From assembly GCF_009914755.1 (NCBI RefSeq), contig NC_060929.1: a DNA stretch of 64,000 nt; one strand, given 5' to 3'. The translations under genes were made by a program, and so were the position numbers. The notes under the pieces are model-generated. The model worked only from the letters and a program-made list of their open reading frames with translations, made no database searches and was not told the DNA's origin. Origin of the DNA: the human T2T-CHM13v2.0 reference genome, Homo sapiens. Within the stretch, counting starts at the first letter, position 1. Each line of letters begins with the position of its first letter. This document shows positions 40,048 through 53,414 of the stretch, one piece after another.

Positions 40048-40412
40048 TGTATTAGCTGTTTTCATGCTGCTGATAAACACATACCTGAGACTGGGCAATT
40101 TACAAAAGAAAGAGGTTTATTGGACTTACAGTCCCACATGGCTAGGGAGGCCTCACAATCATGGTAGAAGGCAAGGAGGAGCAAGTCACATCTTACATGG
40201 ATGGCAGCAAGCAAAGAGAGAGCTTGTGCAGGGAAACTCCCATTTTTAAAACCATCAGATCTCATGAGACCCACTCACTATCATGAGAACAGCATGGGAA
40301 AGACCCACCCCCATGATTCAGTCATCTCCCACTGGGCCCCTCCCACAACACATGGGAATTATGGGAGCTACACGATGAGATTTGGGTGGGGACGCAGAAC
40401 CAAACCACATCA
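40048..40412 (-). mobile_element. THE1B solo LTR
   Basis: ttcatgctgctgataaacacatacctgagactgggcaatttacaaaagaaagagg; exact 5-bp TSD aatat. Confidence 0.92.
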
Positions 40413-40643
40413 AATATTAAAGATGCTAAGTCCCTTCCCATATTAAACACCAGACAACACACCACTGACTTGATGTCAGCCCCTCAATAGTGGAATTCTA
40501 TCTATCTCCTGCCATTTACAGCCAAGCTTCTTGAAGTATCCATACTCTGTTTTCACTTCCTTACCTCCTATTCAGGGATCAACTCAGCAATTCTTTGCCT
40601 ACTTCAATTATTCTGTGGAAACTCCTCTCTCTGAGGTTACTGA

Positions 40644-40981
<338 letters not shown>

Positions 40982-41154
40982 TGTCTTCACCCTTGATCTC
41001 ACTTGGCCTCTGAGTAGCATTTAACTCCTTGAGCTGATACGTTCTAGAAACTCTCTTCTGGTCTCCATGGCACCCCATTCTTCTGGTATTTTGTTCTCTT
41101 AAGTCTGTCTCTTTGTGCACTCTTTTTCTTTTACTCATCTCTGTTCTTGCTCCG

Positions 41155-41682
41155 TGTCAGGAAGGAAAAACTTTTTCTTATACTCCCTTAGATTCAGTGG
41201 CTGGGGCCAGTGAATCCAACTAAAAAGGGAGGGGTTAACAGAAGGAAAGATACAGTTTTTATTTAATATTTACATGTCCAGGAGTACACAGAAAAGATGT
41301 GAAACTCAAAAATCAGTTAGATTCAGGGGCTTATATGCCAATTTAACAAAAGAAAGGAGGAGGTTTGGCTTCAAGGGATGATAAATTATAGAAAAATGAC
41401 TAAGAAATATATGGGGAAACTAATGGAAAAGAAGGGTTGTTTTAGTAAAGTCTAGTTATACACACTTGTTCTGGTGTTGACTCTGCATCTCCAGTGATAA
41501 GTATGCCCTTGTCCTGGCATGAGGGGGCATCTTCCCCAAGGGAAAATGTATGCCCTGTTTTTAGGCTGATAAGGGAAAGGCAGAAAACTTTCCTGCATCT
41601 GTTGATTCTCAGTTCCCTTCAGTTTAAAATAATCTTTGTGCAAAAGTGGCCTGTTTTGGGGTGGCACATTCTGATTCCTTTC
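41155..41682 (-). mobile_element. MER34-family ERV1 solo LTR
   Basis: tg..ggaaggaaaaacttttc...gtgaaactcaaa...cagtttaaaataatc...tttggggtggcacattctgattcctttca. Confidence 0.75.
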
Positions 41683-41775
41683 ACCTGCATCATCAGTGTT
41701 TCTCAGTATTGAACCATTCCATTCAGCACACATCTCAACTGCTATTTCTCTCAGCTTTAAAGAAATCCTCTCTTG

Positions 41776-42162
<387 letters not shown>

Positions 42163-42457
42163 TTATCTACAATGCCCAGCTCCTCTTCTCATTTCTCTCT
42201 TGAGCTCTCTCTAGTCATGCCTTTGCTCCTGATACTCCACCAAAACAGCACATATCAGGCTACAACTTGGATATGCTAAAGGCTTCTCAAACTTAATTTA
42301 TCCAAAACTGAACTCTCCTGGCCTACACTTGTTCCATCCACCATCTTTCCCAATTCAGGAATAACAATCCCATTCTTCATTTGTTTAGGCCATCACCTTG
42401 AAATCCTTATTCTTTCTTTCATACCCCACATTTAGACTCCTCACATTCTGTTGGCTT

Positions 42458-42841
42458 TGCTATGAACTGAATGTTATGTCTCCCCAATCCCACCTAAAAT
42501 AGGTCTATTGAAGCCCTAATCCTCCGTGTGAAGGGGGAGCCTATGGGAGGTAATCAGGTTTAGATGAGGTCGCAAGGGTGGAGCCCCCGTAATAGGATTG
42601 ATGCCCTTATAAGGGGAGAAAGAGATCAGAGCATGTGCTCTCTCTCTCTCTCTGCCTTAAGAAGATATAGCAAGAAAGCATCCACCTGCAAACTAGGAAG
42701 TGGGTCCTCACAAGGAGCGAGATTCATCAGCTTCTTAATGTTACACTTCTCAGCCTCTAGAACTGTGAAAAATAACTTTTGGTTGTTTAAGCCACCCAGC
42801 ATACGGTATTTTTGTTATTGTAGCCTCAGCCAACTAAGACA
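42458..42841 (+). mobile_element. MaLR solo LTR MLT1A-like
   Basis: tgctatgaactgaatg...caactaagaca; exact 5-bp TSD ggctt. Confidence 0.88.
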
Positions 42842-43647
42842 GGCTTCATCTTCAACTATTTATAGACTCGTGTTTCTCCTCATCACTTCCATGACTGCCA
42901 CTCCAGTGCAAGCCCCTGACATCTCTCACCTATATTAATATTATAGCCTCTCTACCTCTGCTCTTGAATTGTTCAGTATCATCTCATCACAGCCAAATGT
43001 TGCTGTTAAAATGTAAGTTGGACCAAGTCAGTCCTCTACTTAGTACCTTCTAATGGCTCCCATCCCACTCCAAGTAAGGGCCAACTTTCTTACAGTAATC
43101 AGAGTCCTATGGGATCTGCACTGCTGCCCTTCCCTCCCCCCATCTCTTAAACTCTTGTTCATTCCTCTCCAGCCACATTGGACTCCTTGCTTCCAGGCAT
43201 GCTCCTGCTTCAGGGCCCTTGCACTTACTGTTTCCCTTTGCCAGAATGTTTTTCTTCAAAATATCCACAAATCATACTTCCCTCTCTCCTTCAAATCTTT
43301 GCTCAACTGTCATCTTCTTGATGGGAACTTCCTTGACCTTGAAATCTAGAATTTCAACTCTCCTTCTCCAAACTTATTATCCACATTCTTGTCTTTTTAT
43401 CTTCTTGGAACTTATTTGTATCTGATGTACTATCTATATTTTACTTATTTGTCTTGATTATTCTCTGTTCTTCCCACTAGAATATAAACTCCAAGAGGGC
43501 AGGGATATTTTTGTCTTTTGTTTACAAGTGGATTTCCAGATCTGTTGCATAATAAGCCCTCATTAAATATTTGTGGAATGAGTGTAATTATTTTAATATC
43601 ATGTTTACAGTTTTTGCTGGTGTTTTTCTTTTAATTGACTCACCTGA

Positions 43648-46122
43648 AGTATTAGCTAATTTTGCATTGCCATAAAGGAATATCTAAGACTGAATAATTT
43701 ATAAAGAAAACAGGTTTATTTGGTGCACAGGTCTGCAGGCTGTACAAGCATAGCACCAGCATCTGCTGATCTCCTGGTAAGGTCTCAAGAAGCTTTTACT
43801 CCTGGTGAAAGGTGAAATGGGAGCAGGCATGTCAAATGGCAAGAGAAGGAGCAAGAGAGGAGGAGGTACCAGGCTCTTTAAAGAACCAGCCCTGTGCATG
43901 AACTAATAGAGTAATAACTCACTTATTACTGCAAGGAGGGCACCAAGCCATTCATGAGGAATCTGCCCCCATGACCTAAACACTTCCCACAAAGCCCACC
44001 TTCAACAATGGAGGTCACATTTCAAAATGAGATTTGGAGGGAACAGTTATCCATATTACATTATTCTGCCCCTGGATCCAAAATCTCATGTTCTTCCCAC
44101 TTTGCAAAATATAATAATCTTTTCCCAACAGTCCTCCAAAGTCTTAACTCGTTCCAACATCAACTCAATCAAAAGTCTGAAGTCCAAAGTTTCTAGACTC
44201 TAGGCAAGTTTCTTTCACCTATGAGTCTGTAAGATCAAAAACCAAGTTATTTACTTTCAAGATACAATGGTGGTACAGGCATTGAGTAAAACATTCCCAT
44301 TCGAAAAGGGAGAAATTGGTTAAAATAAGAGGGCAATAAGCTCCACAGAAGTCTAAAACCCAGAAGGGCAGACATTACACCTTAAAGCTCCAAAATAATA
44401 TTGACTTTATGTCCCACATCTAGGGCACGCTGGTGTGAGGGGTGGGCTCCCCAGGCCTTGGGCAGCTCTGCCCCCATTGCTTTACTGGGTGCAGTCCATG
44501 TGGCTGCTTTCACAGGTTGGAGTTGAGTGCCTGCGGCTTTTGCAAGCTGAGGGTGCACATTGCCAGTGGTTCTACCATTCTCTGTTCTGGAGAGCAGCAG
44601 CCCTGTTCCCACAGCTCTGCTGGGCAGTACTTCAGTGATCCTCTGTGTGGAGGCTCCAATCCTCTTTTCCCCTTGGCACTGCCCTAGTGGAGTATCTCTA
44701 TAGGGGCTCTGCCTCTGCAGCAGACTTCTGCTTGGGTACCCAGGCTTTCCCATACATCCTTTGAAATCTAGGTGGAAGCCACCAAGCCTCCTTCACTTTT
44801 GCATTCTATATACCTACAGGCTTAACACCATGTGGAAGCCTCCAAGGATTATGACTTGCGCCCTCTGGACCAGTGGCCTGAGCCATGCCTAGAGCCCTTT
44901 GAGCTCTGGCCAGAGCCAGAGTGGCCAGGATGTTGGGATCACTGTCCTTAGGCTGCACAGGGATCAGGGTCTTGGGCCTAGCCCCCCAAACCATTATTTC
45001 CTCCAAGGCCTCTGGTTCTGTAATGGGAAGGGCTGCTTCAAAGATTGCTGAAATGGCTTCAAGGCCTTTTCCCCATTGTCTTGAATATTAGCACCTGACT
45101 CCCTTTTTGTTCATGTGAATCTCTAGTCAGTGGTTGCTCCACAGCCCACTTGCATTCCTCTCCTAAAAATGCTTTCTCCTTCTCTACCACATGGCCAGGT
45201 AGTAAATTTTCTAAGTGGTTATCCTCTGCTTCCCTTTTAATTATAAGTTCTAACTTTAAGTCATTTCTTTGCTCCTACATCTGATCCTAGGTAGTTAGAA
45301 GAAGCCTGCCACCTCTTGAATGCTTTGCTGTTTAAAAATTTATTCTGTCAGATACCCAAGGTCATCAGTCTTAAGTTCAACCTTCCATAAATTCCTAGGG
45401 CATGAACACAATGTTTCCAAGTTCTTTGGTAAAGGATAGCAATGGTGACATTTGCTCAAGTTCCCTATAAGTTTCTCATTTCCATCTGAGACCTCATCAG
45501 CCTAGCCTTTATTGTCCACATTTCCATCAGCATTTTGGTCACAACCACTTAACTAGTCGCTAAGAAACTGCAAACTTTCCCTCATCTTCCTGTCTTCTTC
45601 TGAGCCCTCCAAACTCTTCTGACCTCTGCCCATTACCCAGTTCTAAAGTTGCCTCCACATTTTCAGGTACTTTTATAGTAATGCTCTACTCTTTGATACC
45701 AATTTTCTGTGTTAGTCTATTTTGCATTGCTATAAAAGAATATCTGAGACTGAATGATTTACAAAGATAATAGGTTTATTTGGCTCACAGTTCTGCAGGC
45801 TGTACAAGCATAACATTAACATCTGCTTGGCTTTTGATATGACCTCGGGAAGCTTTTATGGCAGAAAGTGAAAGTGGAATGGGTGTGTCACATGTCATGA
45901 GATGAAGCAAGAAAGAGAGGAGGAGATGCTAGTTTCTTTAAACAGCTATCACTCTCATGAACTAATAGAATGAGGACACACTCATTACTTCAAAGAGGGC
46001 ATGAAGCCATTCATGAGGGATCCACCATCATGACCCAAACCCTTCCTATTAGGCCCACCTCCAATAATGGGGATCACATTTCAACATGAAATTTGGATGG
46101 AAAAAATATCCAAAGTATATCA
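43648..46122 (-). mobile_element. Two-LTR MSTB MaLR provirus (LTR 43648-44063, internal 44064-45707, LTR 45708-46122)
   Basis: Two homologous ~415-bp MST LTRs flanking a ~1.65-kb MST/THE1-type internal region (ttctgcccctgg...ccaattttc). Confidence 0.9.
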
Positions 46123-46325
46123 CTTTATATACTCAATTTCCTTATAAGGAAGTTTTATGTCACTGTTATTAATGGAAAAAACAGTACAATTTGCCATATA
46201 TGAAAAATATGGCTCAAACATTTAAAATAAATACATAGCCATTAAATAAAAGTATACTTCTATATAATCTAAACTCAATTTAGCACCAATGGTATTGAAA
46301 TGACATTTTGGGAAACATTTCCATA
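46123..46325. mobile_element. hAT-Charlie remnant (MER113-like), probable host of the MSTB insertion
   Basis: ttgactcac (43636) | ctttat...ggaagttttatgtcactgttattaatggaaaa...ttgccata. Confidence 0.4.
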
Positions 46326-46421
46326 GATGCGCATATTTCTTGGGTTTCTGCCCTACATCATCTTTTCATATGCTTTCCATGGGTGAACTCATCAACAGCC
46401 AATGATCTCAATTTCTGCCTT

Positions 46422-47191
46422 GTTCCAACAACAATTCTCTGATGACAACTGGGTGTCTTGCAATTTAATTCAATTCTGACACTAACTACCCAGAGTTAGC
46501 GCAGACCCCACAAGTTAAGAACAACATCCTTCACAAGATTGCCCCCACTTCAGACACCAAACATCAGTCTCAGTCAGCCACTGACTGACCAGCTACAAAT
46601 TCAGGGGTTTCTATGACTCTCTCAGGTTCAGTAATTTGCTAGAACAGCTCATAAACTCTCTGAAAGTGCTATTCACATGATTACAGTTTTATTATAAAGG
46701 ATACAACCCAGGAACAGCTAAACAGAAGAGGCACATAAGACAAGGTCTTGGGAGGGGAAGGACACTGAGCTTCTCTGCCCTCTCCTCTAGGAATCCAGGC
46801 ATATTTATCTCTCAGCACATCAGTTGTTCACCAACCAGGAAGCTCCTTTGAGCCTTGGTTTCCAGAGTTTTTACTGGGGCTTCATTATGGTTGATGGATC
46901 AGATCACCGATGACTGATCAAATCACGATTGATTAAATCACTGGCCATGTTGTTGAGCTCAGTCTCCAGCCTCACTTCTCTCACTGGACATTATTGGGCT
47001 GGCAGCCTAAGGTTCTAACACTCTAATCATGGGATTGGTCTTCCTGGTGACCAGCCCCCATCCTAAAGCTATTTAGGAACCCAGCATGAGTCATCCCATT
47101 AGCATAACAAAGACATTGTTATTACTCAAGGTTTCAAAATCTTTGCACCAAGAACTGGGATAAAGACCAGATATATTCTTTATTATATCAC
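46422..47191 (-). mobile_element. MER21C-like LTR
   Basis: ctgggtgtcttgcaatttaattcaattctgacactaactacccagagttagcgcagacccca...gggataaagaccagatat. Confidence 0.85.
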
Positions 47192-47199
47192 ATATATAT

Positions 47200-47780
47200 A
47201 TGGATGAATCACAAATTTATATTTCAGCTCCTACCTCTCATCTGAAATTGAGACTTTCAGATACAACTGCCACCTGGGTGTCTTTTTCAGGAGGTACCAC
47301 TTGTATCTCCAAGCCATCAGTATTCATAAATAAATCCCCATACCCACCCCATCACCACCCCATCACCCTAACCAACACATGCACTCTCTTCCTCCTATAT
47401 TTCTTCTTAGTAAATGTCATCATAACACCATTCTCCCAGCTACCTAAATCTGAACCTGGGTTTTACCTTTGTTTTTTCTTACTCACATATAGTTTCCTCC
47501 GTTTTGAAAGTTCGTCTTGCTTCCCCTTCTCTTTCTGCTTACTGTTTTGATCTTAGCTTAAAAGTCATGGTGTCCAGGAAGACTTTGCTGGTCTCCCAGG
47601 ACGGATCAGGTGCTCCTGCACTTCCATAATCGTGGATGTGATCATTTCCTGTTTGTCTCTCTTGCCTAGTACCTTGGTGAGGGCAGTAATTGAGTCTATC
47701 TTATTCACTTTCATACCCTTGTACCTGGCACATAGTTGACGCTCAATAAATAATTACCCAGCAAATGGATAACATGATAC
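47200..47780 (+). mobile_element. L2 remnant
   Basis: gatgaatcacaaatttatatttcagc...cctggcacatagttgacgctcaataaat. Confidence 0.65.
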
Positions 47781-48131
47781 AAAGTTGGAACATTTCAAAA
47801 TAAGACTTCTTATAGATAACTACTTTCTATACCAGTAATTTATCAACTTTCCAGTAGAGGATGCCTTGGCATAATCTTATTTTGAGAATTAAATAATTTG
47901 TTTGTTCATAATCGCTGCCTTATAAGTGTATTTATTCATACATTCGTTCTTTGGATATTTATTGAATATCTACTAATGTGAGAAGCAGTGCCCTGGTCCT
48001 TGGGGCTGGAAATGGGTGAAAACCTAGTCACAGTCTACTGAAGAATTATGTATTTCTATAAGCACAATTGCAATAAAATATCATGGGTCCTATAAAAAAT
48101 GGATGAGGAACATATTGTAGGAAATATTCAG

Positions 48132-48643
48132 TGTGATTATATTGAATTATTGTTCTCAACTCTTTATTCCTTTCTATAAAGGATTATACACTCACAACCT
48201 CTGCCATATACTTTCTAGTGCCTGTCACAATAGTAAACAGAGTATACATACCTGCCCCTACTTACTTACTTGGACTTGGCTATGTGACTTTTTTTGGCCA
48301 ATGAATATAGGCAGAAGTAAAATGAGAATACACCAATTCTGAGCAGACACTTTAAGAGACAGCAAGTTTCTGTCAAGCGTCTCAAACTTTTTACCTTTGA
48401 GTAAGGCGTACGTTCCCAGTAATCATTACTCTTTCAGCCTGAGTCCTGGAATAAAGACATACGGAGCAGGCATAAACCCAAACCACAGATTGGAGTCTAG
48501 CTTAGCCCAGCTGAGCAAAGCCAATTCACAGGCTGCCTATATCCCTATCAACATTAAATTGAATTTTTTTTTTGTTAGCTATTGAGGTTTGGGAGGAGGG
48601 TTGTTGCTACATAGAATTATTACAGCAGAAATCTGCTGATACA
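48132..48643 (+). mobile_element. MaLR solo LTR MLT1H/I-like
   Basis: ttggctatgtgactttttttggccaatgaatat.ggcagaagt...cttcagcctgagtcc..gaat...gctgataca. Confidence 0.75.
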
Positions 48644-48880
48644 CTGAGTATCCATCTGTCTACCAGTGCAGTATGAGACATGAGACATAAGGAAAAGGCT
48701 ACATGGTTGTGCTCTTTCCCAGGACACAATGCTCCCAGTTCTCTGATGGTTGTAGACATTTAGTTAAAAAAAAAAAATAAAGCCAATACAATGAGCTCAG
48801 TGGTTTTTTCCGTATGATGTGAAACTTAAAAATTCAGATGTGGCAAGAAATAAACATGGGGTTCCCTAAAAATCTGACGT

Positions 48881-48999
48881 AGCTGAGCCCAGAAGCTCAT
48901 GCCTGTAATCCTAACATTTTGGGTGGCCAATATGGGAGGATCATATGAGGCCAGGAGTTCAAGACCAGCCTAGGCAACATAGTGAGACCCTGTCTCTAC

Positions 49000-49032
<33 letters not shown>

Positions 49033-49190
49033 TAGCTGGAACTAGTGGCTTGCACCTGTAGTCCCAGCTACTTGGGAGGCTGAGGTGGGAGGAACACTTG
49101 AGACCAAGCGTTCAAAGCTGCAGTGAGCTATGATGGTGCCACTGCACTCCAGCCTGAGTGACAGAGTAATACTTTGTCTCAAAAAAAAAA
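48881..49190 (+). mobile_element. AluJ with expanded A-linker, followed by (TA)n
   Basis: J diagnostics (gaggccaggagttcaagacc, aagctgcagtgagctatgat); ~27-A run at 49000-49026. Confidence 0.93.
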
Positions 49191-49614
49191 TTGTATATAT
49201 ATATATATATATCCTGGCCTATTTATAGCTGAAAAAGCTACCTTAGATTTACAGGCATTTCTCCAATAGCTTATTTTCAGAATGCAAGCTAGATGTAGTG
49301 GCATTGACCAATTAGGGCATTCAATTTTAACTGTGCAGAACATTAGAGTTCTGATAGAATCACTGTATAATTGTCATCACTTAAATAAGAAAAGTTGGTT
49401 TTCCAAAACACAGAAGCACACTGCTACTTGTAGGAGTGGTTGGTTTCTCAGTGTGAGTTTACTTTTGTCGACCATTTGTAGTTGTGAACTGTTCTATAAT
49501 TTATTTTCATTTTGCACTAATAATGAGCAGCAAAAGTAATAAAACTGTATAAAAGAAACTCTCTAACTCCTAAACTCTTTTTCTCCATTTCAACAATTTT
49601 TTATTTGTTTTCAA

Positions 49615-49860
49615 TGAGAAGTGGTCGAGCACAGTGATTAGGAAAAAACACTCTGAATTAGACTTATTTGAATTAGACTTTGAACCTAGGCACCATCAAG
49701 AATAGTGTAAAAATCATCTAAGCACTCGGCCTCAGTTTTTCATTTGTAAAATGAGGATCATAATAGTGCTTATCTTTAGGGCTGTGAGGAGTCAATGAAA
49801 TGATCTTGTGAGACCTCAGCACAGTGTCTAACAGATAATAAGCAGTCAGTAAATGACAGA
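49615..49860 (+). mobile_element. MIR SINE
   Basis: gcctcagtttttcatttgtaaaatgaggatcataatag...agcacagtgtct. Confidence 0.8.
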
Positions 49861-51299
49861 AATTATTACAGGACAAATTTTGTTAGTGCAACTTTTCTTA
49901 GGAAAGCAGCTGTTTATTATAGAAAGATAGGCTGTGTCATGGCATTTGCCTTGACCTTTACTATTGAAAAAAAAAGCCTCAGGACCCAAATCATGATTAA
50001 TTTATATGCTATGTTTATGAACAGCTAAGCTTTTTCTACTTTGGTTCTCTGAGAGGAATAAGGGTCAAAGACACAGAAAATTTGAACTCACCACAAAACG
50101 AATACTTCCCAAACCTTAATTTGGCTAAGATACAATAGACTGGACTCTCTGGTAATGAACTGTGGGCAAGTTTCCAGGCAAACATGTTGTGCACTTGCAT
50201 TCTTCCACGCATACTATGCTGGAGTGACAGCAACTGTGCTGTGGAGTGGCCATGGTCAAATGTTCCCCCAGTGAATTTGCCAGGAAGATAAGAACATTCC
50301 AGCAGTCTGTGTGTTGCCCAAATAGCAGGACACCTCATTTTCAGATCTGCTCATTTCCTGATTGCAGAGAATACCAGTGTAGACAGCCTTGGGTTTACGG
50401 AAAATGTGGTAGCCAAGCAAAGTTAACTCTCTTTGGAAACTGTGAATTGATATTGGTAATAATGGTTTTGATATACAAGAAAGAATTTGTTATAAGACGT
50501 ATTTGGCTGTTTACCTTGAAACATCCTGCAAAGCGTATGTATGTTTGTGTGCACATGCATGGGTGCATGGGCAGGTAACTTGCTTAAAATGAACAAGCAA
50601 TTGTAACTTCAAATTATACGAATCAGCCATCTGAAATATGTCTCAAATGCCTCCCCTGGAGAAATACAAGACTTTTTCCCACTTCCAGGCATTCTGCTTC
50701 CTAGTCCTTTTACTTTCACTCAGACATTTCAGAAAGCAATGGACTCAGATGTGAAGCTAGGATAAGTTACAAATTTATTTTTTGTAATACAGAGCTTGAA
50801 ACTTGCTCCCATTCAAAAAATACATACACAGTCTTAAGTTCACTTAGAAAGAAGCCATTAGTTTAATGTATAATGCTATAGCAAAGATCAATATGACTCA
50901 CATGAAGAATTAAGGATGGGCCACATAGTAAAAATCCATTTTATTTTTTAGAAAGAAAATGTAAGATATTTTGCTTCTCTGAGGAAAAAAAAAGGATAGG
51001 AAATAATATGCCATTATTCAATACATAAAGTAAATTTTAAAAATATACCCAAAAAGCATACATTGTACAAGGGAAGTGAGAGAGAGAGTAAAGAGAAGAA
51101 AAAAGAAGAAAGAGAAAATGAAAGAAAGAGGCATGGGGGAAAGAGTGAAAATAAAAATATGGGTCAGATACAGACTAACGCATAAACATATACCAGACAA
51201 TTTTCAGAGAGGAGAATTACTATTTATCCTGTTACATTTTCTAACTCTAGGCCCAAATCAGGACTTTTAGTTTGGGGCACATGCTCTTTGGTCTGATGA

Positions 51300-51910
51300 A
51301 ATTTATCTATACTTCTTTATATTATTTTTAGTAGTTATATAGAGATTATTATAATAGTTGTTCTTTAATTTATCATGTCCACCTTAAATTATTATCATGC
51401 CAATCCATGAACAATGTTAGAACCTTGCTACAATATAATTTCATTTACCAACCCCCTCCACCTTTTGTGCTATTTGTCATATATTTTACTTCTAATATAT
51501 CATAAACCAGAGAATATATTGTTGTCTATACTTTAAATAGCCAAAGTCTTATAAAGAAAATTTTAAAAATCTCCTTTTATATTTATGTACACATTTTTTC
51601 CTTTCAAGTGTTTTTCATTTCTACCTACAGATATAGACATATTTGCATCATTCTCCTTTCAGCCTGAAGAATTTTTCTTAATACATATTTTTACAGTGCA
51701 GGTCTGCCAATTATAAATTCTCTCAGTTTTTACTTTTCTGAAAATATCTTAATCTGGCCTTCATTTTTGAAGGGCATTTTCACTAGATTTTAGGTTGATA
51801 GAGTATTTTTTTTATTTCAGTACATGAAAAATGATGTTTCATCATTTCCAAATGAGAAGTCAGTTGCAATTCTTATTGTTGTTCCTATAAATGTAATGAT
51901 TAAGGTTTTC
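51300..51910 (-). mobile_element. Old L1M remnant (host, left part)
   Basis: tctcagtttttacttttctgaaaatatctt...ccttcattttgaagg...atgagaagtcag. Confidence 0.7.
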
Positions 51911-51916
51911 CATTTA

Positions 51917-53410
51917 CATGCAGAATGAAACTAGACCCTCAACCCCGGCATATACAAAAATTAACTCATGGTGGGTTAAAAATTTAAATATAACAACTCA
52001 CACTATACAAATCATAGAAGAAAACCTAGGAGGTACTCTTCCGGACATAGCCTAGGCAAAGAATTCATGAGTAAGTCCTCAAAAGCAATTGCAACAAAAA
52101 CAAAAATTGACAAGTGGGACCTAATTAAACTAAAGAACTTCTGCACAGAAAAAGGCACTGTCAACAAAGTAAACAGACAACCTACAGAATGGGAGAAAAT
52201 ATTTGCAAACTATGCGTCTGACAAAGGACTAATATCCAGAATGTATAAGGATCTTAGATCAACAAGAAAAAAAAAAGAATAATAACCCCGTTAAAACATG
52301 GGCAAAGAACATGAACTGACACTTCTCAAAAGAAGACATGCAAGTGTCCAACAAGCATGTGAAAAAATTCTCAACATCACTAATCATCAGAGAAATGCAA
52401 ATCAAAGCCATAATGAGATATCATCTCACACTAGTCAGAATGGCTATTATTAAAAAGTCAAAAAATGCCAAGTGCAGTGGGTCACACCTATAATCCCAGC
52501 ACTTTGGGAGGCCAAGGCAGGTATATTGCTTAAGCCCAGGAGTTTAAGACCAAACTGGGCAACATGGCAAAACCCCATCTCTACAGAAAATACAGAAAAA
52601 AAAAATGTAGTCCCACCTACCTGGGAGGCTGAGGGGAAGGATCTCTCGAGCCCAGAAGGTTGAGGCTGAAGTGAGCCATGAACGTCCCACTGCACTCAAG
52701 TCTGGGTGACAGTGAGACCATGTCTCAAAAAAAAAAAAAAAAAGTCAAAAAATAACAGATGTGGTGAGGCTGCAGAGAAAAGGGTACACTTATACACTGT
52801 TGGTAAGAATGTAAGTTAGTTCAGCCAGCCCCTGTGGAAAGCAGTTTGAAGATTTCTCAAAGAATTAAAAATAGAACTACCATTTGACCTAACAATCCCA
52901 TTACTAGGTATACATCAAAGTAACAAATACATTGTTCTGCCAAAAAGACACCTGCACTATTATATTTATTGCAGCACTATTCACAAACAACCTATGTGCT
53001 CATCAATGGTAGACTGGATAAATAACATGTGGTACGTATACAACATGGAATACTATGCAGCCATAAAACAGAATGAAATCATGTTCTATGTCACAACATA
53101 GATGCAGCTGGAGGCCATTATCCTAAAGCAAATTAATGCAGCAACAGAAACCTGAATGTCACACATTCTCACTTATAAGTGAAAGCTAAACCCTGTGTAC
53201 ACATGGACGTATAGATGGGAACACTAGACACTGGGGACTCCAAAAGGAGTTGTGGTGGGGAAAGTTGAAAAACTTCCTATTGGGTACTGTGTTCACCATC
53301 TGGGTGATAGGATCAGTAGAAGCCTAAACCTCAGAATCACACCATGTACCCTTGCAACAAACATGCACATGTACCTCCTGAATCTAAAAATAAAAATTTA
53401 AATAATAAAA
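51917..53410 (+). mobile_element. L1PB4/L1PA16-like, 5'-truncated
   Basis: ORF2 remnant ([22 protein letters not shown]) and 3' UTR agaagcctaaacctcag...catgtacctcctgaatctaaaa. Confidence 0.88.
52467..52738 (+). mobile_element. AluJ inside L1, with small internal deletion
   Basis: Exact 15-bp TSD aaaaagtcaaaaaat (52452-52466, 52739-52753). Confidence 0.93.
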
Positions 53411-53414
53411 AAGC

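Noticed and set aside
40313-40326. DUX4 site expected in THE1B
   Set aside because: Reads tgattcagtca instead of tgattcaatta, so the motif is degraded
50246-50580. 110-aa ORF ending near a cag|gtaact donor
   Set aside because: No homology recognised and the acceptor is weak; insufficient support for an exon
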